Assembly (NCBI GenBank): GCA_963761305.1
Contig: CAVXGK010000001.1
Span: 224,001-288,000, forward strand
Direction: 5' to 3'
Length of the DNA stretch: 64,000 bases
Source: an uncultured Gemmatimonadaceae bacterium
GTDB taxonomy: Bacteria > Gemmatimonadota > Gemmatimonadetes > Gemmatimonadales > Gemmatimonadaceae
Shown here: positions 19,491 to 29,361 of the stretch, piece after piece
How the letters are laid out: the number at the start of each line of letters is the position of its first letter
How positions within the stretch are numbered: position 1 is the first letter of the stretch
Notes under the pieces: model-generated
Seen by the model: only the letters and a program-made list of their open reading frames with translations
Told to the model about the DNA's origin: nothing
Databases searched by the model: none
Program-made: the position numbers and the translations under genes

Positions 19491-20375
19491 TCAGTCGGTC
19501 AGCACCTCTCGCTGAAGCCGCCGCACCCGACGCAGCTCGAAGACCTGGCCGACCTCGCCGCCCAAAATGAAGATGAGCGCCGCGTAGTAGCACCAGACGA
19601 CCACGAACACGATCGCCGTCAGTGTGCCCCGGTACATCCCGACCGGGTTGAACGACGTCGTGTACGACGCGAAGGCGATCCGGGCGCCCTCGAAACAGAC
19701 GCTCGTGAACCCCGCGGCGACCCACGCCGACTGCGTCGTCACGCGACGAATCGGCAGGAACTTGTAGAGCGCGTAGAACATGAGCGCCAGAAACCCGAAC
19801 CCGAGCACGCGTCCGACCCAGTAGTCGACCCCGCTCAGCACGTCCGTGCGCAGGCCGACGGACACGAGCGCGTGCGACGCGAGGCCGACGTAGGTCGTCA
19901 CCGTGACGCTCGCCACGAACAGAAGCGTCGACACGACGGTGATCTTCACGTCGAACACCTTGCCGGCGATGATGCCGCGCTCGGTCTCGATGTCGAACAC
20001 ACTCGCCAACACGGTGCGCAGCGACCCGAACAGTCGCGTCGAAAACCACACGAAGCCGATGGCGCTGTAGAACGTGATCGACCGCCGCGTCCGCAAGAGA
20101 TCGTCGATCAGCCGGTGGAGCGGCGAGTTCGTCTCGCTGTGCGCGGGCAGCAACCGGTCGAGGAAAACGCCGATCTGATCCGTCGAGTTGATCGTGCCCG
20201 CGTACACGACCGGCAGCAAATACGTGATTCCCGCCGCCAGCAGCAGCATGAACGGGAGTGCGGCGAGCAGGATGTTGAATGCGATTCCCCCGGCGAGGAA
20301 CAGAACATTGTCCTCGCCGCTGTTATCCCAGACGCGTTTGATGTAGTCGCGCGCTGCCCAGAGGAAATCGCGCAA
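19491..20375 (-). CDS. YihY/virulence factor BrkB family membrane protein
   Basis: Multiple TM segments, 'LAGGIAFNILLAALP', 'LYKFLP', 'YYAALIFILGGE'. Confidence 0.85.
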   Translation of the reverse strand: MRDFLWAARDYIKRVWDNSGEDNVLFLAGGIAFNILLAALPFMLLLAAGITYLLPVVYAGTINSTDQIGVFLDRLLPAHSETNSPLHRLIDDLLRTRRSITFYSAIGFVWFSTRLFGSLRTVLASVFDIETERGIIAGKVFDVKITVVSTLLFVASVTVTTYVGLASHALVSVGLRTDVLSGVDYWVGRVLGFGFLALMFYALYKFLPIRRVTTQSAWVAAGFTSVCFEGARIAFASYTTSFNPVGMYRGTLTAIVFVVVWCYYAALIFILGGEVGQVFELRRVRRLQREVLTD

Positions 20376-20380
20376 GCCGG

Positions 20381-20872
20381 TCAGCTTTCGGTCGGCTCGT
20401 CCGATCCCGCGTTGTGCGCGCGCTTGGCCGCGTTGACGCCGGCGCTGTACGCCGCCTTGGTCGTCGAGATGCGGTTCTCGAGATCTTCGCGCGCGTCACG
20501 CGCCGCCGAGCGGCCTACGTCCATCGCGTCGCGAGCGGCCGCGCGGCCGGCGTCCACCGCACGCGTCACCTGACGGCGCTTGAGATCGATCGCGTCCTTC
20601 GCCCCGTCGATCGTCTCCTCGACACGTCGGCGCGCGTCCTGATACGTCTCGGTCACCGAGTCGCCGAGCTCGTGCGCCTTGCGGTCGGCGATCTTGCGCG
20701 CGCGGAGGGCGCGGCGCTTGAGATCGCGCCGCGTCTCTTCGCCCGACCGCGGCGCCAGCAACAACGCCGCGCCCGCACCGAGTGCCAGCCCGATGAGGAA
20801 CGGCATCACGCTGTTGGACTGCTGCTCGATCACTACGTACGGGTCGTTGTCTTCCAATTCTCGGCGTGACAT
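20381..20872 (-). CDS. YtxH domain-containing protein
   Basis: 'FLIGLALGAGAALLLAPRSGEETR' followed by coiled coil. Confidence 0.85.
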   Translation of the reverse strand: MSRRELEDNDPYVVIEQQSNSVMPFLIGLALGAGAALLLAPRSGEETRRDLKRRALRARKIADRKAHELGDSVTETYQDARRRVEETIDGAKDAIDLKRRQVTRAVDAGRAAARDAMDVGRSAARDAREDLENRISTTKAAYSAGVNAAKRAHNAGSDEPTES

Positions 20873-20888
20873 CGCGGTGTCCTCTCGG

Positions 20889-22400
20889 TTAGCGTTTGCG
20901 CGCCAGCGGCTTCTTCACCGAAGCCAAGGCTCGCTCCTGCGGCAGATCTATCTTGGGCCGGCCATTGCCTACTGTTTCGTCGACCAGATGCGGCGGCGCG
21001 GGGAGTTGCGAAGTCGTCGTGGACGCGGGCGACTCGCTGAGGAACGAGAGCAGATCGCGTCGCACGTCGTCCGCGCCGATTCCGAGCAGCTTCGTGGTTC
21101 GCTCCAGGTCGCCCGACGTCGACGCGAACGTGTGGAGCGCGAGCTGTCGCCGCGCTTCGGTGGCGCTCGCGCCAACGGGAATCGTGACCGACGTCGGCGT
21201 CGCGCCCGATTCCCTGAGATGGCGCGGCATGACGTCGGTCAGAGTGATCGTGTCGCCGCGGGCCATGATGACCGAGCGTTCCACTGCGTTCTTCAATTCG
21301 CGGACGTTGCCCGGCCAGTGGTACGCGAGAATCCAGCCCCACGCGGCGTCCTCGAAGTCTCCGATCTTTTTTCTGTTCTGTTCCGCGTAGCGTGCGAGAA
21401 ACTCCGTGGCCAGCAGATGAATGTCCTCGGTTCGCTCGCGCAGCGGCGGCAGCGAGATCTCGACGACGGCGAGACGATAGTACAGGTCTTCGCGCAAATC
21501 GCCATCGACGATCGCCTGCTGGAGATCCTTGTTCGTCGCCGCGACGATGCGGATGTCGACGGTGATCTCTTTCTTGCCGCCGAGACGCCGCACCTGCTTC
21601 GTCTCGAGCGCGCGGAGCAGCTTCACCTGGATGTCCGGCGACATCTCGGCCACTTCGTCGAGGAAGATCGTGCCGCCGCTCGCCATCTCGAACGCGCCCG
21701 GCTTCTCGTTCACCGAACCGGTGAACGCGCCCTTCTCGTGGCCGAACAGCTCGTTCTCGAGGATCTCTTTCGGCAGCGCGGCGCAATTGAGCGCGAAGAA
21801 CGGTCCACTGGACCGCTCGCTCTTGCTGTGCAGCGCGCGCGCGACGAGCTCCTTCCCCGTGCCCGACTCGCCCAGGATCAGCACGCTCGCGGTCGATGGA
21901 GCGACCGCGTCGATGATCTGATACACACCGCGCATGACCTCCGACTGGCCCGTGAGCTCGCCGTAGTGCGTGAGCCCTTCGAGCCGCGACGTGAGCTCGC
22001 GGTTCTTCTCCTGGACCTCGAATTTCTCGAGCGCCTTCGGGATCAACGCCTTGAGCCGGTTGAGCTTGTCGGCGTTGAGCGGCTTCTCGATGTAGTCGTA
22101 CGCACCCTGTTGCATCGCTTGGACGGCTGAGTCGACCGTTGCCTGTCCGGTGATGATGATGCACTCGGTGGAGATCCTGCGTTGCTGTAGCTCACGCAAC
22201 AAGGCGAGCCCGTCCAGCTTGGGCATCTTGAGGTCGGCGAGCGCGACGCCGTAGCGGTCGCTCGACAGCCGCTCGAGCGCCTTCTGGCCGTCCGGAGCGA
22301 TGTCGACCGTGTATCCCTCGTCGGCCAGGATCGCGCTCAGACCGGAGGTGATCGATTGCTCGTCGTCCGCAATCAGGATCTTCGGGTTCGTGTGTTTCAT
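20889..22400 (-). CDS. Sigma-54-dependent response regulator (NtrC family)
   Basis: Receiver domain 'ILIADDE...DLKMPKLDG', AAA+ 'GESGTGKE', 'GAFTGS', 'WPGNVREL'. Confidence 0.93.
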   Translation of the reverse strand: MKHTNPKILIADDEQSITSGLSAILADEGYTVDIAPDGQKALERLSSDRYGVALADLKMPKLDGLALLRELQQRRISTECIIITGQATVDSAVQAMQQGAYDYIEKPLNADKLNRLKALIPKALEKFEVQEKNRELTSRLEGLTHYGELTGQSEVMRGVYQIIDAVAPSTASVLILGESGTGKELVARALHSKSERSSGPFFALNCAALPKEILENELFGHEKGAFTGSVNEKPGAFEMASGGTIFLDEVAEMSPDIQVKLLRALETKQVRRLGGKKEITVDIRIVAATNKDLQQAIVDGDLREDLYYRLAVVEISLPPLRERTEDIHLLATEFLARYAEQNRKKIGDFEDAAWGWILAYHWPGNVRELKNAVERSVIMARGDTITLTDVMPRHLRESGATPTSVTIPVGASATEARRQLALHTFASTSGDLERTTKLLGIGADDVRRDLLSFLSESPASTTTSQLPAPPHLVDETVGNGRPKIDLPQERALASVKKPLARKR

Positions 22401-22431
22401 TCGCCGCCTGAGTGCCCGGGCAAATCGCCCC

Positions 22432-23037
22432 TCATCTAGGGAACGTAATCGTAGCGCCGCTTTCGCTGATGTCGAGATGGACTCCGGCACTACGTACCGC
22501 CAAGACAATCTCATCTCCTAGCGCAATTCTCGAACCGTCGGGTTCGCCGCCCCTTACGCTGAGGGCCAGCGGAGCCGTATCGGGTGCCGCGGCGCAAACA
22601 ACCTCGGGCGACCGTTCGACAACCGCCACGAGGACGGCGGCGATGGCCAGTCGCACGGCGGACGCCGGCGCCGAAGTCGCCCCGAGTCGCTCGGCGGACT
22701 TTTCGACCGTGACGCGGGTGCCGCGCTCAGTGGCGCCGCGCGCCGCCAGCACGGCCAGATCCCGGGCGATGCGCGCGACGTCGGACGGTTCACGCGGCGA
22801 GCGCGCCAGGGCGAGCATCGCCTCAGCCGATTGGATGACCGACTCCAGCTCGGACGCCGCGGCTTCGGCGAACGGCTTCAGCGCGGACGCGTCTCCCACA
22901 CCCTCGGTCCGCGCGCTGCGTGAGCGCACGACCTCGAGGTTGATCGCCACGCCGTTCATCGCGCCTTTGAACTGGTGCGCCGTCGCGTCGCAGAGCCGCT
23001 GGAATGTGCCCAGCCACAACTCGTCGACGGTCGCCAA
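22432..23037 (-). CDS. Hypothetical protein resembling a sensor-less, degenerate histidine kinase core
   Basis: H-box-like 'AHQFKGAMNGVAINLEVV' near the N-terminus, HATPase-like C-terminal strand 'GVHLDISESGATITFP'; lies directly upstream of the NtrC gene. Confidence 0.55.
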   Translation of the reverse strand: MATVDELWLGTFQRLCDATAHQFKGAMNGVAINLEVVRSRSARTEGVGDASALKPFAEAAASELESVIQSAEAMLALARSPREPSDVARIARDLAVLAARGATERGTRVTVEKSAERLGATSAPASAVRLAIAAVLVAVVERSPEVVCAAAPDTAPLALSVRGGEPDGSRIALGDEIVLAVRSAGVHLDISESGATITFPR

Positions 23038-23040
23038 CGG

Positions 23041-24447
23041 TCAGTCGCTCAGCTCCGCGTCGTCCGGCGCGGCCGCCACCGCCACGGCGCGCGTCGGATC
23101 GTCGCGGTGAATGGCCAGCGGCTTCACGAATCGCGCGACCATGTCCGCCGTGTTGCCGATCGCCAACTGGTCGAACAGGAAGCCGAACTTCTGGTCGTAC
23201 GACGCGTCGAGCGCCGCGCGCGTCGCCTCGGGCAGGTCCCAGAGCCGCCGCTTGAACGGCCCGAGAGCCTTTTTCCGAGTCTTGTAATAGAACTGTTCGT
23301 CCGAGTCCGTCGGCTTGCGCTCGTCCTTGGCGTTTTCGTCGAGCCACCGATAGATGTCGGCGCGCAGCTCGTCCGGCAGATGATCGAACAGCATGTTCTG
23401 GAAGTTCGTCGCCAGATGGATCTCGGCCGTTTCTCGCTTGGGGAAGTTGTGGAACGCCGTGTCCGGCAACGTCGACGCGCCGTGCTGGACGGCACCGGAC
23501 AGTCCGTACTCGTCGCGCGCGACTTTCGACAATCGCTCCAGCGTATCGAGATCGAGCTTCACGTCGGCGATCGTGCCGTCGGGGAGCACCACGCCGCCGT
23601 GCGACGTGCCCGACTGCACGCTGATCTTCGACAGTCCGACCGTGCCCTGCGGCAGGCGGCGAATCAGCCCGTCCATGTACGCCCGCAACTCTTCGACCGT
23701 GCTGTTCTGCGTGCCGACTTCACCGATCTCACCGCCGATCGAAATCGTGATTCCGTCGGGCTCGAGCTCGCGCACGGTCTTCAGGATGTCGGCGCCGACC
23801 TCGCAGTTAAGGCGCTGCTGTTCGTCGAGCGTCGGCTTGGAGATGTCGACGAGCGTCGACGTGTCGATGTCGATGTTGAAGAAGCCGGCGGCGATCGCTT
23901 CGCGCGCCAACGCTTTCACCGCGTCGACCTCGGGCTTCGGATCGGCGGCGTACTTCTTGGCGTTCACCTGGAAGTGGTCGCCTTGAATGAACACCGGCCC
24001 GCGGAATCCTTCGCGAACCGCCGCCGCCAGCACGACTGCGACGTATTCGCCCGGCCGCTGGTCGGTGTACGCGATCTCCGAGCGCGCGATCTCGAGAATG
24101 AACGCGCCCGCCTTCTTGGCGATCGCGGTCCGAAAGATCGAGCGCGCCGTGTTGTACGCCATGCCGCGCACGTTCATCGCCGGCACCGTGAAGCCGTGGC
24201 ACTCGCCGCGCCCGCGCGCCATGTACAACTCGTGGATCGACGTCGGCACCGCGCCCACCGCCTGCGCGATCTCCCAGATCAGCCAGCGTGCGTGCTCTTT
24301 CTCCGGCCCGGGGCCGAAGACCGCCGAACGGACCAGCGTATCCATCGCCGGCGTCGCGACCGCGTTGACGTTCGACACCTTCACACGTCCGTCGCGCACC
24401 TGCACGGCGGATCCGAACAATTCATTGAGTGAGTCGAGAGTATTCAT
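23041..24447 (-). CDS. Class II fructose-bisphosphate aldolase family protein (long form)
   Basis: 'QGDHFQ', 'GGEIGEVG', 'GTSHGG', 'VQHGASTLP'; clustered with pgi, pyk and tal. Confidence 0.88.
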   Translation of the reverse strand: MNTLDSLNELFGSAVQVRDGRVKVSNVNAVATPAMDTLVRSAVFGPGPEKEHARWLIWEIAQAVGAVPTSIHELYMARGRGECHGFTVPAMNVRGMAYNTARSIFRTAIAKKAGAFILEIARSEIAYTDQRPGEYVAVVLAAAVREGFRGPVFIQGDHFQVNAKKYAADPKPEVDAVKALAREAIAAGFFNIDIDTSTLVDISKPTLDEQQRLNCEVGADILKTVRELEPDGITISIGGEIGEVGTQNSTVEELRAYMDGLIRRLPQGTVGLSKISVQSGTSHGGVVLPDGTIADVKLDLDTLERLSKVARDEYGLSGAVQHGASTLPDTAFHNFPKRETAEIHLATNFQNMLFDHLPDELRADIYRWLDENAKDERKPTDSDEQFYYKTRKKALGPFKRRLWDLPEATRAALDASYDQKFGFLFDQLAIGNTADMVARFVKPLAIHRDDPTRAVAVAAAPDDAELSD

Positions 24448-24473
24448 GAGAGTCGTCTGACTTTCGCCGTGTC

Positions 24474-24509
24474 CCGTCTACCTGTCCACCGGTCCGCCTG
24501 TCCACCCGT
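24474..24509. repeat. Degenerate octamer repeat overlapping the pgi 3' end
   Basis: ccgtctac ctgtccac cggtccgc ctgtccac ccgt. Confidence 0.75.
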
Positions 24510-25884
24510 ATCGTGCATCCGCCTTCGGCAACAGGTTCCACTCCTGCCTCGCGCCCTCTGCGTCGACGCGACCCAGTTGCGCGTATGTGAACTGCTTCCC
24601 GAGCTCCACGCCGGGTTGATCGAGCGGATTCACGCCGTACAGCGCGCCGGCGTAGATCGTCGCGATCTCCAGCAACATGAACAGCGCTCCCAGGTGCCAC
24701 GCGTCGACGCGGTCGATGTGAAACGTCATGCTCAACCGCCCGCGTCGCGCTAGCGCGCCCGCCGTGGCCCGCTGCTCGATCGACAGCAGCTCGCCCAGCT
24801 CGTGGCCGCCGAGGTAGCCGAGCTCCTTGATGTCGGAATGTAGCGAAGGAATGGTGACGTCCGACGGCGACTCGCGCACGGCGATGAAGCTGACCGTCTT
24901 GTCGAGCGGGCCCTCCATGAACAGCTGCACCTTGCTGTGCTGATCGGTCGCGCCGAGCGCGGCCAGCGGAGTCGGACCGGCGCCGTGGTCGCCCGGCTGC
25001 CGATGCTTGCCGAGACTCTCCGCCCACAGCTGCACGAACCAATCAGCCAGGTCGCGCAGCGGATCGGAGTACGGCATCAACACGTGGATGTGACGTCCGA
25101 GCTTCGAGTCGGCGAGGTATTGCAGCGTTCCAAAGAGTCCGGCGGGATTCGTCGTGAGCTTGTCGTTCGCGCACTGGCCCACGATGTCGCGAGCGCCGGC
25201 GAGAAGTTGCGTCGTGTCCATGCCGGCCAGCGCCGCCGGGAGGATTCCGACCGGCGTCAGCACGCTGTATCGTCCGCCGACTGCCGGCGGAATGTCGAGC
25301 GCCGGAATGTGCTCGGCGTCCGCGATCGCGCGGAGCGCGCCGTTCTTCGGATCGGTCACGAACACGAGATGCGCCTTCGCGTCGCGCGTGCCTTTGTTCA
25401 GACGATCGCGCACGACGAGGTACTGCGCCATCGTCTCAGCCGTGCCGCCGGACTTCGAGATCACGACGAACACCGAACGCTCGAGGTTCAGGCGGTCGAG
25501 CAGCGCGGCGATGGTGTGCGGATCGACGTTGTCCAGCACGTGGAGGCGCGGATTCCCCTTTCGCTCCGCGTCACTGAGCGAGTTCCAGTCGGGCGCGAGC
25601 AGCGCCGTGCGCAACGCGATCGGCCCGAGCGCCGAGCCGCCGATGCCGAGCACGACGACGTCGTCGAACTTGCCCTTGGCGCTCGCGGCGAAGTCGGTGG
25701 ACTGCTTGTGCAGCGCCGCGTCTTCGGGGAGCGCGAGGAAACCCAGCTCGCCCGCCGCGTAGCGCTTGCCGAATGTCGTGTGAGCGCTCGAGAACGCCGC
25801 CGGCGCGGCCGCCCAATCCGCCGCCGAAATCCCGCCGGCGACGACGTCGCCCATCATGTTCGAGAAATCGAGATCGATCGCCAT
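24478..25884 (-). CDS. pgi: Glucose-6-phosphate isomerase
   Basis: 'GIGGSALG', 'SKSGGTAET', 'VGGRYSV', 'QLWAESLGK', 'DQPGVELGK'. Confidence 0.95.
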   Translation of the reverse strand: MAIDLDFSNMMGDVVAGGISAADWAAAPAAFSSAHTTFGKRYAAGELGFLALPEDAALHKQSTDFAASAKGKFDDVVVLGIGGSALGPIALRTALLAPDWNSLSDAERKGNPRLHVLDNVDPHTIAALLDRLNLERSVFVVISKSGGTAETMAQYLVVRDRLNKGTRDAKAHLVFVTDPKNGALRAIADAEHIPALDIPPAVGGRYSVLTPVGILPAALAGMDTTQLLAGARDIVGQCANDKLTTNPAGLFGTLQYLADSKLGRHIHVLMPYSDPLRDLADWFVQLWAESLGKHRQPGDHGAGPTPLAALGATDQHSKVQLFMEGPLDKTVSFIAVRESPSDVTIPSLHSDIKELGYLGGHELGELLSIEQRATAGALARRGRLSMTFHIDRVDAWHLGALFMLLEIATIYAGALYGVNPLDQPGVELGKQFTYAQLGRVDAEGARQEWNLLPKADARYGWTGGPVDR

Positions 25885-25906
25885 GGCTGAGAGTGCGAGT
25901 GCCGCG

Positions 25907-26686
25907 TCAGTCGACGCGAACCGTGAGTCCGTCGAATGCCGGCGCGACGCCGCGCGGCAGTTCGGCCTCGAGATCCGCGTGGAAGTTGTCGTGTGTCAGG
26001 TGCGTGAGGTAAGTCCGTTCGGCGCCGACCTGCTTCGCCGCGTTCAGAGCTTCGGGAAGGCTCAAGTGCGTGGGGTGTTCGGTTCGAAACAGGGCGTTGA
26101 TCACCAGCACCTTGGCGCCCGCCAACAACCGCAGCGCATCGGGCGGGAGTGATTTGGCGTCCGTGACATACGCCAGCGGGCCGATTCGATATGCAAAGAC
26201 CGTGACACTTCCGTGCGGCACACCGACCGGCAGCACTTCCATGTCGCCGACGAAAAAGGGAACGCCCGCCGCCACGCGATGCGCTTTCCCTTCCGGCTTC
26301 GACGTCCCGGGCAGTGGCCGAATCTGGTCGTCGAAGATGTAGCGGAATTTCGACTCGAGTTCGTCCAACGTGTCCTTCGGCCCGTAGATGGGGAGCGGCG
26401 CCGCGCGGTTCACCGTGATCGCGCGCAGGTCGTCGATGCCGTGCGTATGATCGGCGTGGCCGTGCGTGTATGCCACGGCGTCGACGCGGTCGATTCCCGC
26501 GGCGATCAGCTGCAGGCGCAGCTCGGGCGGTGTGTCGATGAGCAGCCGCGTGCCGTGCGCGTCTTCCACCACCGCGCCGACGCGATTCCGCTTGTCGCGC
26601 GGGTCGGGCGACAGGCACACAGGACAGCGGCATCCGATCTTCGGCACTCCGAAGCTCGTGCCGGTGCCGAGGAAGGTGAGCTTCAC
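25907..26686 (-). CDS. MBL-fold metallo-hydrolase (PhnP-like)
   Basis: 'FLGTGTSFGVP..GCRCPVC', 'THGHADHTHG', 'THLTH'; GTG start inferred. Confidence 0.9.
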   Translation of the reverse strand: MKLTFLGTGTSFGVPKIGCRCPVCLSPDPRDKRNRVGAVVEDAHGTRLLIDTPPELRLQLIAAGIDRVDAVAYTHGHADHTHGIDDLRAITVNRAAPLPIYGPKDTLDELESKFRYIFDDQIRPLPGTSKPEGKAHRVAAGVPFFVGDMEVLPVGVPHGSVTVFAYRIGPLAYVTDAKSLPPDALRLLAGAKVLVINALFRTEHPTHLSLPEALNAAKQVGAERTYLTHLTHDNFHADLEAELPRGVAPAFDGLTVRVD

Positions 26687-26723
26687 GGCCGCGTCGCCGC
26701 GGACCGATCCCGCGCCTCCGTGC

Positions 26724-28127
26724 TCACACCGTCTCGACCTTGAGGAGATTGGTCGTGCCGGGCACGTCGAACGGCACACCGGCCGTGACGACCACCCGGT
26801 CGCCCGTGCGCGCGAGCCCGCGGCGCTGGACGGCCTCGAGCGCCAGCCCGACCATCTCGTCGTAGGTGTTGCAGTGCTTCACCAGCTCCGGCACGACGCC
26901 CCACACCAGCGCGAGCTGGCGAAACGTGCGCGGCACGTCGGTGAGCACGAGAATCGGCACGCTCGGCCGATGTGCCGCGACAACGCGTGCACTGAACCCG
27001 CTCTTCGTGAACACGATCAGCACCGGCGCGCCGAGCATCGTCACTGCTGCCGCGCTCGCCGCGGCGATCGCGAACTCGGTCGACACGGCGGTCTCGGCGC
27101 GACGCCGATCCTCGCGATGACGCGGCCGCACGCGGGTCTCGATCTCTGTAATGATGCGCGTCATCGCTTCGACGGCGAGCCGCGGATACTGTCCTGTCGC
27201 CGTTTCCGCCGACAGCATTACCGCGTCGGTGCCGTCGAGGATCGCGTTGGCGACATCGCTCGCTTCGGCGCGCGTGGGCCGCGGATGCGTGATCATTGAC
27301 TCGAGCATTTGCGTCGCCGTGATCACCGGCCGGCCGAGCCGGTTGCAGAGAGCGATGATCCGCTTCTGCGCGTACGGGACTTCCTCGAACGGCAGCTCCA
27401 CACCGAGGTCGCCGCGAGCGACCATGATGCCGTCCGACGCGCGGATGATCGTCTCGATGTTCTCGAGCGCCGAGTCCTTCTCGATCTTCGCCACGACCAG
27501 CATGTGCCTCGGCACGAGCTGCCGCAGCTCGGCGATGTCCTGGGCGCGCCGCACGAAGCTGAGCGCTACGTACTCGAGCTCCTGCTCGACGGCGAACGCG
27601 ATGTCCTCGCGATCCTTCGTCGTGATCGACGGCGCCGACACCTGCACGCCTGGCAGGTTGATGCCCTTGTGACTCGACAGCTGGCCGCCGTGGACGACGC
27701 GCGCCGTGACGCGCGGCTTGCTGACGTCGAGCACCACCAGCTCGATCAACCCGTCGTTGATGAGGATGCGGTCGCCGTCGTGCACGTCGTCGGCGAGCGC
27801 TTCGTAGGTGACCGGAACCTCGTCGCCGGTCTCCTTCCCCTCGGGCGCGAAGACGACGTCGCTGCCGTCGGCGAGATCGCGAGGCTTGCCCAGCTCGCCG
27901 ATGCGGATGCGCGGGCCTTGGAGATCGCCCAGGATGGCGATCGGCTTGCCGGTTTCGGCGGCCACGTCGCGAATCAGCGCGATCGTCGCCGCGTGCTGTT
28001 CGTGCGTGCTATGAGAGAAGTTGATTCGCGCGACGTTGAGTCCGGCGCCCACGAGTCCGCGCAGCGCGTCGCGCGTCGAGCTCGCCGGGCCCAACGTGCA
28101 GACGATCTTGGTTCGGCAGTATCGCAA
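26724..28127 (-). CDS. pyk: Pyruvate kinase
   Basis: 'RTKIVCTLGPAS', 'DLQGPRIR', 'MVARGDLGVE', 'TATQMLESM'; TTG start inferred. Confidence 0.95.
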   Translation of the reverse strand: MRYCRTKIVCTLGPASSTRDALRGLVGAGLNVARINFSHSTHEQHAATIALIRDVAAETGKPIAILGDLQGPRIRIGELGKPRDLADGSDVVFAPEGKETGDEVPVTYEALADDVHDGDRILINDGLIELVVLDVSKPRVTARVVHGGQLSSHKGINLPGVQVSAPSITTKDREDIAFAVEQELEYVALSFVRRAQDIAELRQLVPRHMLVVAKIEKDSALENIETIIRASDGIMVARGDLGVELPFEEVPYAQKRIIALCNRLGRPVITATQMLESMITHPRPTRAEASDVANAILDGTDAVMLSAETATGQYPRLAVEAMTRIITEIETRVRPRHREDRRRAETAVSTEFAIAAASAAAVTMLGAPVLIVFTKSGFSARVVAAHRPSVPILVLTDVPRTFRQLALVWGVVPELVKHCNTYDEMVGLALEAVQRRGLARTGDRVVVTAGVPFDVPGTTNLLKVETV

Positions 28128-28153
28128 TTCGACCGGTTCTGTTGACGACGTGA

Positions 28154-29296
28154 TCAGTGGCTCTCGACCAGCTCCTTGCCCAGCGCCTTCGTCTTCGTCT
28201 GCAAGCCCGCGATCAGCGAGTCGTACGACTTCTGGAAACTGGCGATGCCGTCGGCCAACAGCTTGCTCGTCACGTCGTCGATCGAGATGCCGTGCTGCGC
28301 CAGCCCGTCGATCGTGTGCTGGGCGTCGTCCACGTCCTGATCCACCGTGCGCGCGACGTTGCCGTGGTCGCGGAACGCGTCCACCGTCTGCGGCGGCATC
28401 GTGTTGACGGTGTTCGGTCCGATGAGCTGCTCGACGTACATCACGTCGCGATATGCCGGATTCTTGGTGCTCGTGCTCGCCCACAGCGGGCGCTGCACCG
28501 TCGCACCCTTCGCCGACAGGGCCATCCATCGCGGCGACGCGATTTGTTCCTGATAGAGCTTGTACGCGAGCTTGGCGTTGGCGATCGCCGCCTTTCCCTT
28601 GAGCGCCTCGAGCGCGCCGGCGTCGCCGGGATTCGCCTTGGCCGCCGCATCGAGACGCTTGTCCGTCTCGGTGTCCACGCGGCTCACGAAGAAGCTGGCC
28701 ACCGAATGAATCTTCGTAATGTCCTTGCCCGCGGCGACGCGGTCCTCGAGACCGGCCATGTACGCATCGATCACTCGCGCGTACGCCTCGATCGCGAACA
28801 GCAGCGTGATATTGATGTTGATGCCGTTCGCCGTGAGCAGGCGGACGGCTTTGGCGCCGTCGACGGTGCCCGGCACCTTCACGAACGCGTTCGGCCGGTC
28901 CACGATCTTCCACAGGCGCGTCGCCTCGTCGATCGTCGCGCTGGCGTCGTTGGCCGCGCCGGGCGACACCTCGATCGACACGAAGCCGTCGGCGCCGTGC
29001 ATCGCGTCGTGCGTCGGCCGGAAGATGTCGCATGCGTCGCGAACGTCCGTCGTCGCGATGCGCTCGAACAACTCCGTCGCGGTGAATTCCCCGACCGAAA
29101 ACCGGATCTGATCGTCGTACGCCGACCCCTCGGCCAACGCCTTCTCGAAAATCGTCGGGTTGGACGTCATGCCGGTCACGGCATCGTCGCGAATGCGTCG
29201 CGCGAGCTCGCCGTTCTTCAGGATCGTCCGATCGATGAAGTCCAGCCAGATCGCGACGCCGGCGTCGTGCAGGTCCCTGAGTCGATTCTCACTCAC
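28154..29296 (-). CDS. tal: Transaldolase
   Basis: 'IWLDFI', 'GMTSNPTIFEKA', 'FVKVPGT', 'SVASFFVSRVD', 'RPLWASTSTK'; GGAGAG RBS before GTG. Confidence 0.94.
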   Translation of the reverse strand: MSENRLRDLHDAGVAIWLDFIDRTILKNGELARRIRDDAVTGMTSNPTIFEKALAEGSAYDDQIRFSVGEFTATELFERIATTDVRDACDIFRPTHDAMHGADGFVSIEVSPGAANDASATIDEATRLWKIVDRPNAFVKVPGTVDGAKAVRLLTANGININITLLFAIEAYARVIDAYMAGLEDRVAAGKDITKIHSVASFFVSRVDTETDKRLDAAAKANPGDAGALEALKGKAAIANAKLAYKLYQEQIASPRWMALSAKGATVQRPLWASTSTKNPAYRDVMYVEQLIGPNTVNTMPPQTVDAFRDHGNVARTVDQDVDDAQHTIDGLAQHGISIDDVTSKLLADGIASFQKSYDSLIAGLQTKTKALGKELVESH

Positions 29297-29317
29297 CGAT
29301 CGCTCTCCGATTTGTCG

Positions 29318-29346
29318 CCGTCCACCTGTCCACCTGTCCACCTGTC
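29318..29346. repeat. Octamer tandem repeat upstream of tal
   Basis: ccgtccac ctgtccac ctgtccac ctgtc. Confidence 0.85.
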
Positions 29347-29361
29347 TCAACCTAGCCGGAC

